NCBI GenBank assembly: GCA_963730265.1
Contig: CAVSRG010000002.1
Coordinates: 377,884 to 441,883 of the forward strand
DNA from: an uncultured Actinomycetota bacterium
GTDB taxonomy: Bacteria; Actinomycetota; Actinomycetes; Streptosporangiales; Streptosporangiaceae
DNA length: 64,000 nt
Reading direction: 5' to 3'
Made by a program: the position numbers and the translations under genes
The notes under the pieces: model-generated
Told to the model about the DNA's origin: nothing
What the model saw: the letters and a program-made list of their open reading frames with translations, nothing else
The model's database searches: none
Shown here: positions 45,627 to 54,627 of the stretch, in pieces
Position numbering within the stretch: position 1 is the stretch's first letter
Layout of the letters: every line of letters begins with the position of its first letter

Positions 45627-47525
45627 TTAGCCATGCTGCACGAGCCGCAGGAACCGGGCCACGACCGGGCCGTCGGTGGGGCCGCCCTCGCCGCCGTCAT
45701 GGACCACCATCGCGAACGCGATTTCGCCGTTGAAGCCGATCAGCCAGGCGTCGGTGGGCAGCGGGTGGCCGGAGCCGTACTGGGCCGTGCCGGTCTTGGC
45801 GTAGGTGCCCGGCGGCAGCCCCCGCCCGGCCGCGGTGCCGGTCGCGACGACCTGGGCCATCATCTGATGCAGGTAGCGGACGACCCGCCGGGGCAGCGCG
45901 TGGGTCGAGGCCTCGTCGTCCGCCGCGCCGTCCACCAGCCGGGGTGCGTGCACCGTCCCGGTGTCCACGCCGGCCGCGACCATGGCCATGGCCAGCGGCG
46001 ACACCAGCACGCGGGCCTGGCCGATGGTGGTGGCGGCCAGGTCGGCCTCGTTGCGCGGCCTGGGCACCTGGCCGCCGAACGCGGGCACGCCCATCCGCGG
46101 GTCCGAGCCGAGCCCGTACTCCGCGGCCGCGGCAGGGAAGTCCGACGGCGTGAGGTGACGGACGGCCAGCCCGATGAATGCGGTGTTGCAGGACTCGGCG
46201 AAGGCGTGCAGCAGGTCGCTGACCGGGGCCGTGCCCTCGGCGTTGTGGAAGCGCTCGCCGTCCACCGTGATGCCGGGCGGGCAGCTGGCCGCCGACGCCG
46301 GGGTAAGCCCGTGGTCGATCAGCGCGGTCGAGGTGATCACCTTGAACGAGGAGCCGGGCGGGAAGGCGCCGCCCAGCGCCTGGTCGAACGGGTTGGAGGC
46401 GGGCACGCTGACCGCGGCCAGGACCGAGCCGGTGGTGGCGTTCACGGCGACCAGGGCCGCGTTCTTGTGGACGCGGGACAGGGCGGTCTCCGCGGCCCGC
46501 TGGACTCGCGGCTCGATGGTCGTGCGGACTGGCCGCCCTGGCTTCGGCGCGATCCGGGCGATGGTGGCCTGGACCGTGCCGTTGACCCGCAGCACGGTCA
46601 CCGCGGCGCCGGGGGACCCGGCTAGCTGCCGCTCGTAGGCCTGCTCCAGCCCGGTCTGGCCGACGACGCTGGCCGCGGTGTACGGCGCGCCCAGGGTGTG
46701 CAGTTCCTGGGCGGTGATCGGGCCGACGCCGCCGACCAGGTGCGCGGCGAGGCCAGCGGTGACGGCGGTCCGCGCGCTGGTGTTCTGGAAGACCGTGCCG
46801 GGGATCGGGTACAGCGTCGGCTTCAGCTTGCGGTACCGGGCCTGGCTGATCGTGAACACCGGCTCGAACCAGGCCGGCTTGGCCCTGGCCGCGGTCAGCG
46901 CGGCCTTCACCTGCGCCTCCGGCGCACCCGAGGCGATCAGGGTGCGGGCCAGCGAGGCGGCGTGCTTGACCCGCTGGCCCTCCACGCCGACGGTGACCTG
47001 GGGCGCCTGGGTGGTCAGCGGCGCGCCGCCCGTGCCCAGGATCGCGGCCCGCGCGGGCCAGGTCGTCTGGAGCGCCAGCCGGCCGCCCGGCTTGAGCTGC
47101 GGCGCGATGGTGGCCGGCGTCCAGCTCACCCGCCACTGGCCGCTGCGCTGCACCAGGCGCAGCCTGGTCCTGAGCGTGACCGTGCCGATGCCCGCGATGG
47201 CCAGCCGCTGGGTCACCGGCTCGGCGGCCGTGCTGCCGCTGGCCGTGAGCCGACCCGCGGTGTAGCTGGCCTGCCGGACGCCCAGGTCGGTCAGCGCCGC
47301 CGCGTTGACCGCGGCGAAGTCGGCCGGCGGGGCGGCGACCAGGCCGCGCATCCCGGCCCAGTCCCGCCGGGCCCAGTCCGCGAGGTAGCGGCTCGCCGTG
47401 GGCTGCGGCGACGCCGGGCTGCTGCACGCGCTCAGCAGCGCGCCGGCTACCACCAGGCCCGCGCCAGCGGCGAGTGCCGGGCGGGCTACGGACAGGGAAG
47501 CAGCCATGGCACCGAGGCTACGCAT
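45627..47525 (-). CDS. Penicillin-binding protein (class B-like transpeptidase with NTF2-like N-terminal domain), lipoprotein
   Basis: Lies in ORF 45627..47597, with MRSLGAMAAS starting at 47525. It has a lipobox (LLSAC), SxxK (GSSFKV), SxN (ESCNTAF) and KTG (AKTGTA). Confidence 0.9.
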   Translation of the reverse strand: MRSLGAMAASLSVARPALAAGAGLVVAGALLSACSSPASPQPTASRYLADWARRDWAGMRGLVAAPPADFAAVNAAALTDLGVRQASYTAGRLTASGSTAAEPVTQRLAIAGIGTVTLRTRLRLVQRSGQWRVSWTPATIAPQLKPGGRLALQTTWPARAAILGTGGAPLTTQAPQVTVGVEGQRVKHAASLARTLIASGAPEAQVKAALTAARAKPAWFEPVFTISQARYRKLKPTLYPIPGTVFQNTSARTAVTAGLAAHLVGGVGPITAQELHTLGAPYTAASVVGQTGLEQAYERQLAGSPGAAVTVLRVNGTVQATIARIAPKPGRPVRTTIEPRVQRAAETALSRVHKNAALVAVNATTGSVLAAVSVPASNPFDQALGGAFPPGSSFKVITSTALIDHGLTPASAASCPPGITVDGERFHNAEGTAPVSDLLHAFAESCNTAFIGLAVRHLTPSDFPAAAAEYGLGSDPRMGVPAFGGQVPRPRNEADLAATTIGQARVLVSPLAMAMVAAGVDTGTVHAPRLVDGAADDEASTHALPRRVVRYLHQMMAQVVATGTAAGRGLPPGTYAKTGTAQYGSGHPLPTDAWLIGFNGEIAFAMVVHDGGEGGPTDGPVVARFLRLVQHG

Positions 47526-47752
47526 CGAGACGCCGTCGCAGGGCTGATCCGACCCGCACAGCCCTGTTTCTTCACGATCGTGACTGTTTGCCCGCAAAAC
47601 GCCGCCGCAAAACGCCGCCGGAACTCGGCCGCGATCATGGAGCTACCCGATCCCGCCCGGGCCTTGCCTGGCTCGCTGCGCGCCGCTATCTTAACGGCTA
47701 TCAGTTAATCTGAAAGTAATTAAGATTAACAGGGTGGTGCGAGGTGGCGGCG

Positions 47753-48716
47753 ATGAGGAAACTGTCGGCCCGGACCGGCCGGTGGACGGCGAGTGACACT
47801 GGCGACCTGACCGGTCGCACGGCACTGGTAACCGGGGGCAGCGCCGGGCATCGGGCGGGAAATCGCCAGGGTGCTGGCCGGCCATGGCGCGCTGGTCGTC
47901 CTGGCCTGCCGCAACGTCGGCAAGGCCGAGCGGGCGGCCGCGCAGATCCGGGCCGGGAACCCGGCCGCCCGGCTGGACGTCGTCGGCCTGGACCTGGCCC
48001 GCCAGGCCTCGGTCAGGGCCGCGGCCGCGGAGATCAGCGTCCGGTACCCGCGGCTGGACCTGCTGATCAACAACGCCGGGGTGATGGAACCGCCCTACGA
48101 GCGGACCGAGGACGGTTTCGAGCTGACGCTGGCCACCAACCACCTCGGCCACTTCGCGCTCACCGGGCTGCTGCTGGACCGGCTGCTGGCCACACCCGGC
48201 TCGCGGGTGGTGACCATGAGCAGCCAGGGCCACTGGGAGGGCGTGATGAACTTCGACGACCTCCAGTCCGAGCACGGTTACCGACCCGACACCGCCTACT
48301 TCCAGTCCAAGCTGGCCAACCTGCTGTTCACCTATGAGCTGGACCGCCGCCTCCGCGGGGCCGGGGCGCCGGTGAGCGCGCTCGGCGCCCACCCCGGCGT
48401 GGTCGCCACTGACCTGTTCCGGACCCGGTCCCGGCTGAACCAGGCGCTGATCAGCCCGCGGCTGCGGGTGCTCAACTTCTGGTTCGCGCAGAGCGTGCAG
48501 ATGGGCGCGCTGCCCGCGCTGCGCGCCGCGGCCGACCCGCGGGCCCAGAGCGGGGAGTTCTACGGGCCGCGGCGGCGGTACGACACGGGCTACCCGGTCG
48601 TCGTCCCGTCGAGTGCCCGGTCCCGCGAGGTCGCCGAACAGGCCCGGCTGTGGGCGGTGTCGGAGGAGCTGACCGGGGTCCGCTTCGACCTGGGGGCCGC
48701 CAGGCGCCCGCTCTAG
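47753..48716 (+). pseudogene. SDR family oxidoreductase (WW-domain-oxidoreductase/retinol-dehydrogenase-like), frameshift in the NAD-binding motif
   Basis: ORF 47744..48337 gives ...DLTGRTALVTGGSAG and then junk. ORF 47871..48716 read upstream gives GIGREIARVLAGHGALVVLACRN, followed by NNAG and YFQSKLAN. The frames join at GGG 47846-47848. Confidence 0.85.
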
Positions 48717-48973
48717 TGCCGCAGCACCATCGCGAAGGCGACCACCAGGACCACCACGACCAGGGCCACGCCCATGATCACCGCGCCGTCGCGGCTCAGG
48801 TTCACGGCCGACAGCGGCCCCGTGCTGGGCCGGCGCGAGGGCTTCTTGTCCTTGTCCTTCTTGTCCTTGTCCTTCTTGTCCCGCTGCGGCGGTCCGGGTG
48901 GCGGGTCATGGAGCCGGATCGGCTGGGGTCCGTAGGACGACGGCCTTCTGCGAGGTCCACCGAGAAAGGCCAT
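48713..48973 (-). CDS. Small tail-anchored membrane protein with (KDKDKK)2 repeat
   Basis: 86-aa ORF with a Pro-rich N-terminus and KKDKDKKDKDKK encoded by a 15-bp tandem duplication (about 48840-48880). C-terminal TM helix: VIMGVALVVVVLVVAFAMVL. Confidence 0.5.
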   Translation of the reverse strand: MAFLGGPRRRPSSYGPQPIRLHDPPPGPPQRDKKDKDKKDKDKKPSRRPSTGPLSAVNLSRDGAVIMGVALVVVVLVVAFAMVLRH

Positions 48974-49020
48974 GGCCGCCTCCGCATGCGCTAACTGAAC
49001 AGCGCTAACTGAACTGCATG

Positions 49021-49869
49021 CTACGCCTGCCGGGGGCGGTACTGGAGGCGCTTGCGGGCCAGGTCACAGACGCCGCGGCGCTCGTTGTCGGCCACGGCCT
49101 GCCGGGCCTGGTCCAGGTCGGCCGGGGTGAGCAGGGCACTGGCGAGCAGGAAGTCGGCCAGGTCGCGGGCGTGCCCGCGCTCGGACCAGATCAGGCCCTG
49201 GAGCAGCTTCTTCAGGTCGGACACCGCGCCCTCGCCGCTCAGGTTCAGCCCGATGACCACGTCCATCATGGGCACGGTCTGCGGGGCGGGCAGGCCGAGG
49301 ATGTACTCCTGGTAGTAGAAGGCCAGCGCCATCCGCGCGGTGCCGTTGCGCTCGAGGTAAGCGCGCACCCGCGGCACCGCGTCGGGCCGGGGCGGGCTGA
49401 CCCGGCGGCCGGACGCGCCCGCCTTGAGCGTGGCGGTGGCCGCCCCGGCCTGGGTGGGCTGGCCCAGGCTGGCCGGGCCGTCGGTATGGGGCCGCGGCCG
49501 GGAGGTGGGCTCCAGCCGCATCGGGAGAGTCCGGGTGCCGATGCTGATCACCCAGCTGCCCTCCTCGAGCGAGATGGCCAGGGCCTCGTAGCGGGCGGCG
49601 GTCACCGGCAGCACGTGCTGGGCGGCGTGCCGTACGGCCTCGAGGCTGAGCGGCTTGTCGCTGGCGGCCAGAAACACCCGGTGCGTCGGGTCCCGGCTGA
49701 ACAGCTCCCAGCGGTGGTGCACGTAGCGCAGGCCCGCGCAGCGCGGCGCCCGGTGCAGGGCCAGGTCCTGGCCGCCGCTCAGGAGATCCCGGTCCAGCCA
49801 GGTGATCTCGTCGGGGGGGCAGCGCGCCCACTCACCGCGCGCGGCCGACCAGAGGTAGAGCTGGCCCAT
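49021..49869 (-). CDS. Hypothetical protein (possible degenerate FHA-like N-terminus)
   Basis: 282-aa ORF with GAGAGG upstream of the ATG and normal host codon usage. It lies immediately downstream of the FHA-domain gene on the same strand. No diagnostic motif was recognised. Confidence 0.65.
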   Translation of the reverse strand: MGQLYLWSAARGEWARCPPDEITWLDRDLLSGGQDLALHRAPRCAGLRYVHHRWELFSRDPTHRVFLAASDKPLSLEAVRHAAQHVLPVTAARYEALAISLEEGSWVISIGTRTLPMRLEPTSRPRPHTDGPASLGQPTQAGAATATLKAGASGRRVSPPRPDAVPRVRAYLERNGTARMALAFYYQEYILGLPAPQTVPMMDVVIGLNLSGEGAVSDLKKLLQGLIWSERGHARDLADFLLASALLTPADLDQARQAVADNERRGVCDLARKRLQYRPRQA

Positions 49870-49943
49870 CGCCTCTCAAAATACCCCGCGTCACGCCGCC
49901 CCGCGTCAAACTGCGCCGCAGTCGGGCCCGGCCGGGACCGATT

Positions 49944-51050
49944 TCAGCTGACCTCGACCCAGGACTGGAGCGCGTCCGGCCGCGATCCCCAGCGGATCAG
50001 GTCGCCGGTGCTCAGCGGGCGCTCGCCAGCCAGCGGGACGCCGTTGATGGTGAGCCCGTTGCGGCCCAGGTTGGTGATCCACCACTGGCCGCTGGCGAAT
50101 GTGAACCGGGCGTGCTCCCGTGAGACCGTCGGCACCTGCGGCAGGGCCAGCTCGACCTCGCCCCGGCCGGCCACGGCGCCGGACGTCGTGGTCTGCGCCA
50201 TCGAGTCGCCGGTCACCAGGCGCAGGGTCGGTATTCGCGGCTTGCCCTGCTCAACGGCGGTCGGCTCGCTGCGGGCCAGCGCGGGCTCGGCCTCGGAGCG
50301 GGTGTTCCCGTCGCGGGGCGAGAAGTTGGGGTACACGGGCCCGGTGTAGTCGCGGGCGCCGGCGTAAGCGGCCCGCGGGGCGTCGTAGACCGGGGCCGCA
50401 TCGTAGACCGGCGCCGCGCTGTAGCCCGGCGCCGCCTCGTAGCCGGGCGCCGCGTCGTAGCCGGGCGCCGCCGCGTAAGCGAGTTCGGGCTGGCCGGCGT
50501 TAAGGGGCTGGCCCTGGCGCAGCCGGTAGCGGCCGGGCGGCAGCGCCGAGCTGGCCGTGACCTGCACCTGCGGCGGGCCGGGCCGGGAGAACCGGGCCGA
50601 GTGCGCGGCGACCTGCTCCTCGTAGACCTCGGCCGCGCTGCTGGTGACCAGGTCCAGGTCCATCCGCTCGAGCAGCGAGTGGAGGTCATCCGGGTTGAGC
50701 TGAAGCTCGATGCTGCTGGGCGCCAGCAGGGAGCCGGTCGGCGTGACCACGAACACCTCGGGCAGGTGCCGCAGCGCGACCTGGAGCACCTCCTGACCGT
50801 CGCGCCAGGGCCGGGAGTAGAGCTGCTGCACCCACGGGTGCTCCCTGGTGATCCCCAGGGCCCGCAGGCCCATCACGCCGATCACCCCGATCGCGGCCAG
50901 CGCCGCGAGCAGCACGGCCGCTCCGATGGCGGAGCCGGTCACGATGAGCAGCACGACCCAGCTGGCAACGACGCCGCCCGCCACGGCCCAGCGCCTGCGG
51001 CTGCGGGGCGGCACCGGCGGCCGCCGGCCCGCGTCCCTGCTCTTGGTCAT
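49944..51050 (-). CDS. Membrane-anchored FhaA-like protein (DUF3662-like domain plus C-terminal FHA domain)
   Basis: 368-aa ORF with a basic N-terminus followed by about two TM helices (aa 21-62). The DUF3662-like block reads PSSIELQLNPDDLHSL...GRYRLRQG. An (AAPGY)x5 linker follows. The C-terminal FHA reads GRGEVELALP...VSREHARFTF..WWITNLGRNGLTINGVPL. Confidence 0.8.
   Translation of the reverse strand: MTKSRDAGRRPPVPPRSRRRWAVAGGVVASWVVLLIVTGSAIGAAVLLAALAAIGVIGVMGLRALGITREHPWVQQLYSRPWRDGQEVLQVALRHLPEVFVVTPTGSLLAPSSIELQLNPDDLHSLLERMDLDLVTSSAAEVYEEQVAAHSARFSRPGPPQVQVTASSALPPGRYRLRQGQPLNAGQPELAYAAAPGYDAAPGYEAAPGYSAAPVYDAAPVYDAPRAAYAGARDYTGPVYPNFSPRDGNTRSEAEPALARSEPTAVEQGKPRIPTLRLVTGDSMAQTTTSGAVAGRGEVELALPQVPTVSREHARFTFASGQWWITNLGRNGLTINGVPLAGERPLSTGDLIRWGSRPDALQSWVEVS
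50382..50474. repeat. Five tandem 15-bp coding repeats (AAPGY/AAPVY pentapeptides) in the FHA gene
   Basis: Read directly on the plus strand: tcgtagaccggggccgca / tcgtagaccggcgccgcg / ctgtagcccggcgccgcc / tcgtagccgggcgccgcg / tcgtagccgggcgccgcc. Confidence 0.85.
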
Positions 51051-51503
51051 CGCACCATCCTGATCTGGCCACCCCGAGTGGACGGCCTATGTCGTCAGAC
51101 GACGAGAATGCGTGCCCCGCGCGCGCGAGTCAACGGATCCCGGCCAGCTTCCAGACATCTGGAAATTGCCGCCGCTCCGGGGCGGGCGCGTGGTGGCCCG
51201 CCGGGCCGCTGCGGCGGCCGCGCCGGGCCTGCCGGGCGGATCATTACCCCTCGCGCAGGCCTTAGCCGACCACGTCCGGAACGGGGTTCAAATCGCCTTA
51301 ATTCACCATCCGAATTAGGCTCGATGCACGGTGAATTCCAGGGAGATCTCAGCTGAACGGGATATTACCGGGCCAGTTCTCGCACGTCGGAGGGCTGCCG
51401 ACGGCGGTGCGGCGGGTCCGGGGATAGACGCCGGGGTACTCCTATAGCCCGGTTAGGACTCCAGTTCACTTCGCGAAGTTCAACGGTCTACTACCCTGTT
51501 GGT

Positions 51504-52328
51504 ATGGCTTCGGGGGAAAAGTGGCGCCAGTCGCGTCCGATGAAGATCGCTCGCCTAATGGGCTCATTCGCGCGCGACCCGGTGACCGTCGGCCGGGCCC
51601 TGCCCGGCGAGTACCGCCAGCGGCACGGCAGCGAGCAGTACGGAGCCGACGACGTCGACGAGGCCTGGGACGAGCACCTGCACGGCCTGCTCGGGGTGCC
51701 CTGGCCCTGCCCGCAGCACCAGCGGCTGGACGAGATCATGACCGATATCGCCCGCCGGCTGGACGAGAACGGGCTCGGCACCGGCCGGCGCACCTACGGC
51801 TGGTATAGCGACGCGGAGAGCTTCCTGAGCCGCGCGGTGTGGTGCACGGCCGTGCACCGTCAGCCCGAGGTGGTCATCGAGACCGGCGTGGCGCACGGCG
51901 TGACCAGCCGGATCGTGCTGGAGGCGCTGAGCCAGAACGACCGCGGCCACCTGTGGAGCATCGACCTGCCGCACCCGTTCGACCACCGGCTGCACGTGGA
52001 CACCGGCGTGGCCGTGACCGACGACTGCCGCTCGCGGTGGTCGTACCTGGAGGGATCCAGCCGACAGCGGCTGCCGCTGCTGGTCCCCGAGGTGGGGCAC
52101 GTGGAGATGTTCATCCACGACAGCCTGCACACGGCCAAGAACACGCTGTTCGAGATGGAGCAGGCCGGCTCGGTCATGTCACCGGGCGGGGTCATGCTGG
52201 TCGACGACATCGGCGCCCACGACGGCTTCGCCATGTTCGCCCGGCGTCACCCGGGCTACGAGACCATCATCTGCCCGTCCGATGACCGGATCGGGATCTT
52301 CGGCATCGCCGTGAACACGGGCCGCTAA
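51504..52328 (+). CDS. Class I SAM-dependent methyltransferase (Methyltransf_24-like)
   Basis: 274-aa ORF. The start is uncertain (51504, 51540 or 51558) and no clear RBS was found. The methyltransferase fold text reads VVIETGVAHGVTSRIVLEAL...LWSIDL...FIHDSLHT...GGVMLVDDI. AT-richer non-coding DNA flanks it on both sides. Confidence 0.65.
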   Translation: MASGEKWRQSRPMKIARLMGSFARDPVTVGRALPGEYRQRHGSEQYGADDVDEAWDEHLHGLLGVPWPCPQHQRLDEIMTDIARRLDENGLGTGRRTYGWYSDAESFLSRAVWCTAVHRQPEVVIETGVAHGVTSRIVLEALSQNDRGHLWSIDLPHPFDHRLHVDTGVAVTDDCRSRWSYLEGSSRQRLPLLVPEVGHVEMFIHDSLHTAKNTLFEMEQAGSVMSPGGVMLVDDIGAHDGFAMFARRHPGYETIICPSDDRIGIFGIAVNTGR

Positions 52329-52958
52329 AGTCCTGCTCGCCTCGGCAACCGTCGGGTGGCTGTCCAGCGTCGCCGCCGGGCATTGCATTAAGCCCACGGG
52401 TTAACGCCGGGGAATTCCCGCGACCGGGAATAACTCCGCACCGGAATACCTGACCGGGGACGCGCTTTCATGAGTGGCGGCCCGCGTGCCGCGCGGAAGG
52501 CATGGCCGACCGTAAGCGGCTGCATTCCGGTCGGCCACGGCTCCGGCGACCGGTTCCGGATGCTCTCGGCTGAACCGCGTAAAAGCGATATTTCATAGAT
52601 CAGTAGTATCGATCGTAGCGTCCTGACCTGCAGATACGGGCCATACGGGGTCACCGCGCCAGGCCCGCTCCGGCCCGGGTTACTCGCTGGTAATAAACCC
52701 ATCAAATAGGGACAGGACGCTGACCTGTGATCCGGGTCATAGTTTCTGATTAGGTTTACCGGGCATAGCCAGCCGGTTTTTAGGGTTCTTACTCCGAAGC
52801 ATGTCCGAAGCACCCAGGTGCAGTTGATGGTTGCCCCCGAAGCAACGCGCCGCCCTGACCCGTGTCACATCCGTGCACCCCTGCCGCAGCTATGCGCCGG
52901 CAGTGTCCTGGGTGAGAACTGAGCGCTTTCCCCCGCGCCCCGAACCCCAAGGTATGCC

Positions 52959-53948
52959 TTGCATCCCGCTCTGACTAACACGCTGTCTCTGATCAGCAAT
53001 ACCTACCGTTCTGCTAAACAAAAGCCTCTGACCACCGGAGCCGCTGCGCTGACCGCGGCGGCGGTTACCGGCGTGTCCCTCGGCGCCGCCTTCGGCCCCA
53101 CCGCCAGCGTCGGTGCCGCCAGCCACCTGAACCTCGCCGCCCACCCGGCCGCGGTCACCGCCGCTGGTCAGGCCGGCGGTCCGCTCTACGCCGCGGCCGC
53201 CGGGCTGGCGCCGTCCCGGCACCCGTCCCCCGCGGACCTGCCGCGCCACCCGGCCGTCAGCGCCCGGCTGGACACCCGGCCCGAGCACCAGGCCGCCCCG
53301 GCGCCCAAGCACCCGGCCCCGGCCAAGCACCAGCCCGCGACCAGGCACGTCGCGGCCAAGGCGGTGACCAAGACCGCCGTGGCCAAGCACCCCGCGGTCC
53401 GGCACGCCCCGGCCAAGCCCGCCCGGCACCAGGCCGCGCGGAAGCACCAGGCGCCGGGGCACCCGGCCGCGGTCCGGCGGGCCAAGCCGGTCCAGCCGGC
53501 CAGGCCGTTCCAGATCTATGACTCGGTGACGCCGGGCCAGATCCCGGCCCACCACATGATCGCGACCTACGCCACCGGCAACTACGCGGCCTCCCCCGCC
53601 GAGGTGGCCGGGCGCGGGCCAGTCATGTGGATCGACACCACGGGGTCGGACTACGCGGCCTCGGTCCTGGACGTGGAGCCGGGTGACGCCACGCCGACGG
53701 TGGCCGCGAACTGGGCCTTCCACCGGCTGAGCCAGCACCGCACGGGCCTGGCCCGGATCTACACGATGATCTCGGAGTGGTCGGCCGTGAAGTCGGCGGT
53801 CGCCACGCTGCCGTCATGGATGCAGTCCCACATCCGCTGGTGGATCGCCGACCCCACGGGCTCCCCGCACATCGTGCCCGGGGCCAGCGCGACCCAGTGG
53901 TACTGGGGCTCGCACTACGACATCACCTCAGCGTCGCCGGGCTTTTAA
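52959..53948 (+). CDS. Secreted hypothetical protein with His/Lys/Pro/Ala-rich linker and conserved-looking C-terminal domain
   Basis: 329-aa ORF, and a TTG is the only in-frame start. Signal-like segment: LTTGAAALTAAAVTGVSLGAAFG. The linker has KHPA/RHxA repeats. The C-terminal ~150 aa read IYDSVTPGQIP...VLDVEPGDATP...WWIADPTG...QWYWGSHYDI. Confidence 0.6.
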   Translation: MHPALTNTLSLISNTYRSAKQKPLTTGAAALTAAAVTGVSLGAAFGPTASVGAASHLNLAAHPAAVTAAGQAGGPLYAAAAGLAPSRHPSPADLPRHPAVSARLDTRPEHQAAPAPKHPAPAKHQPATRHVAAKAVTKTAVAKHPAVRHAPAKPARHQAARKHQAPGHPAAVRRAKPVQPARPFQIYDSVTPGQIPAHHMIATYATGNYAASPAEVAGRGPVMWIDTTGSDYAASVLDVEPGDATPTVAANWAFHRLSQHRTGLARIYTMISEWSAVKSAVATLPSWMQSHIRWWIADPTGSPHIVPGASATQWYWGSHYDITSASPGF

Positions 53949-54033
53949 CGGCCCGCCCGCTGGTCACGCCCGGCACCGCCGTGCCGCCCCGTCCGGGCCG
54001 GCCGGCGGTGCCGGGCGTTCCGCGTCTAAGACA

Positions 54034-54627
54034 TCACCGGCGACGGGTCCACTGCGGGCCGATGGCGGTCCAGGCCGACTCCCACTGGGCCAGGCGATGC
54101 CGTTCCAGGATCATGCGGCACACGCCGTAGCAGAGGATCAGCAGCACCGCGGCGGCCGCGATGACGCAGACCGCCACAAACACCGCGTTGAGCATCATGT
54201 CGACCGGACCCGGCGGGGCCAGCAGCGGCTGGCCAGAATGGTCGAGCCACACCGGCACCGACGCCCCGCGCGGGGCGTAGGAGATGTCCGGCGCGGTCAG
54301 GGTGCTGAGCAGGCCGGTCCGCCGGGTCCCGTTGGGCAGCTTCCAGCTGGCCCGGGTGGTGGCGGTAGGAACCAGGACGGCGCTGACGTCCGGTCCCGGC
54401 TGGGACAGCACCGCGACGGTGGGCCGCAGCCGGGCGCCGGCGGCGCGCTGGGACTGATAGGTGCGCACGGCGAGGATCCCGGCCGTGACCGTGGCGGTCA
54501 GGAAGGCCACCAGCAGCACCGCGACGACGCACCCCTCGATACGGTCCGACGACCGCCGCAGCTCGTTCCGGCCCAGCAGCAGCCGCGCCAGGCGGGCTAG
54601 CGGGCGGGCTCGGCTGCTCATGACCAC
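54034..54627 (-). CDS. Rv1733c family membrane protein
   Basis: 197-aa ORF with an N-terminal LLGRNELRRSSDRIEG motif, two TM helices and a C-terminal RHRLAQWESAWTAIGPQWTRR. This matches the pattern of the mycobacterial Rv1733c-like family. Confidence 0.75.
   Translation of the reverse strand: MVMSSRARPLARLARLLLGRNELRRSSDRIEGCVVAVLLVAFLTATVTAGILAVRTYQSQRAAGARLRPTVAVLSQPGPDVSAVLVPTATTRASWKLPNGTRRTGLLSTLTAPDISYAPRGASVPVWLDHSGQPLLAPPGPVDMMLNAVFVAVCVIAAAAVLLILCYGVCRMILERHRLAQWESAWTAIGPQWTRRR

Noticed and set aside
48840-48880. Short-period repeats (GTCCTTGTCCTTCTT x2), checked as a possible CRISPR or minisatellite. The repeats at 50382..50474 and 42035..42100 were checked as well.
   Set aside because: They are in-frame coding tandem repeats (KDKDKK, AAPGY, PPRSTG) with no spacer architecture. 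No CRISPR array exists in the window.
51285-51295. A tRNA T-loop-like GGTTCAAATCG, with similar GGTTCGAG strings near 16717 and 25915.
   Set aside because: The flanking bases cannot form the T-stem. No acceptor, D or anticodon arms could be built, so no tRNA gene is supported anywhere in the window.
52388-52813. A 141-aa ORF in the AT-richer gap after the methyltransferase.
   Set aside because: It has atypical composition, no RBS and no recognisable motif. It is likely a chance ORF in non-coding DNA.
52790-52990. A possible cyclic-di-AMP (ydaO-type) riboswitch upstream of the secreted protein gene. GGGUGAGAAC, CCCGAACCCC and GACUAAC resemble pieces of the consensus as I remember it.
   Set aside because: The spacing between the blocks is wrong. 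The 5' half of the motif (CGCUnAAUC, GCGGGGGACCC) is absent, and I could not draw a pseudo-symmetric fold. An Infernal scan would settle it.
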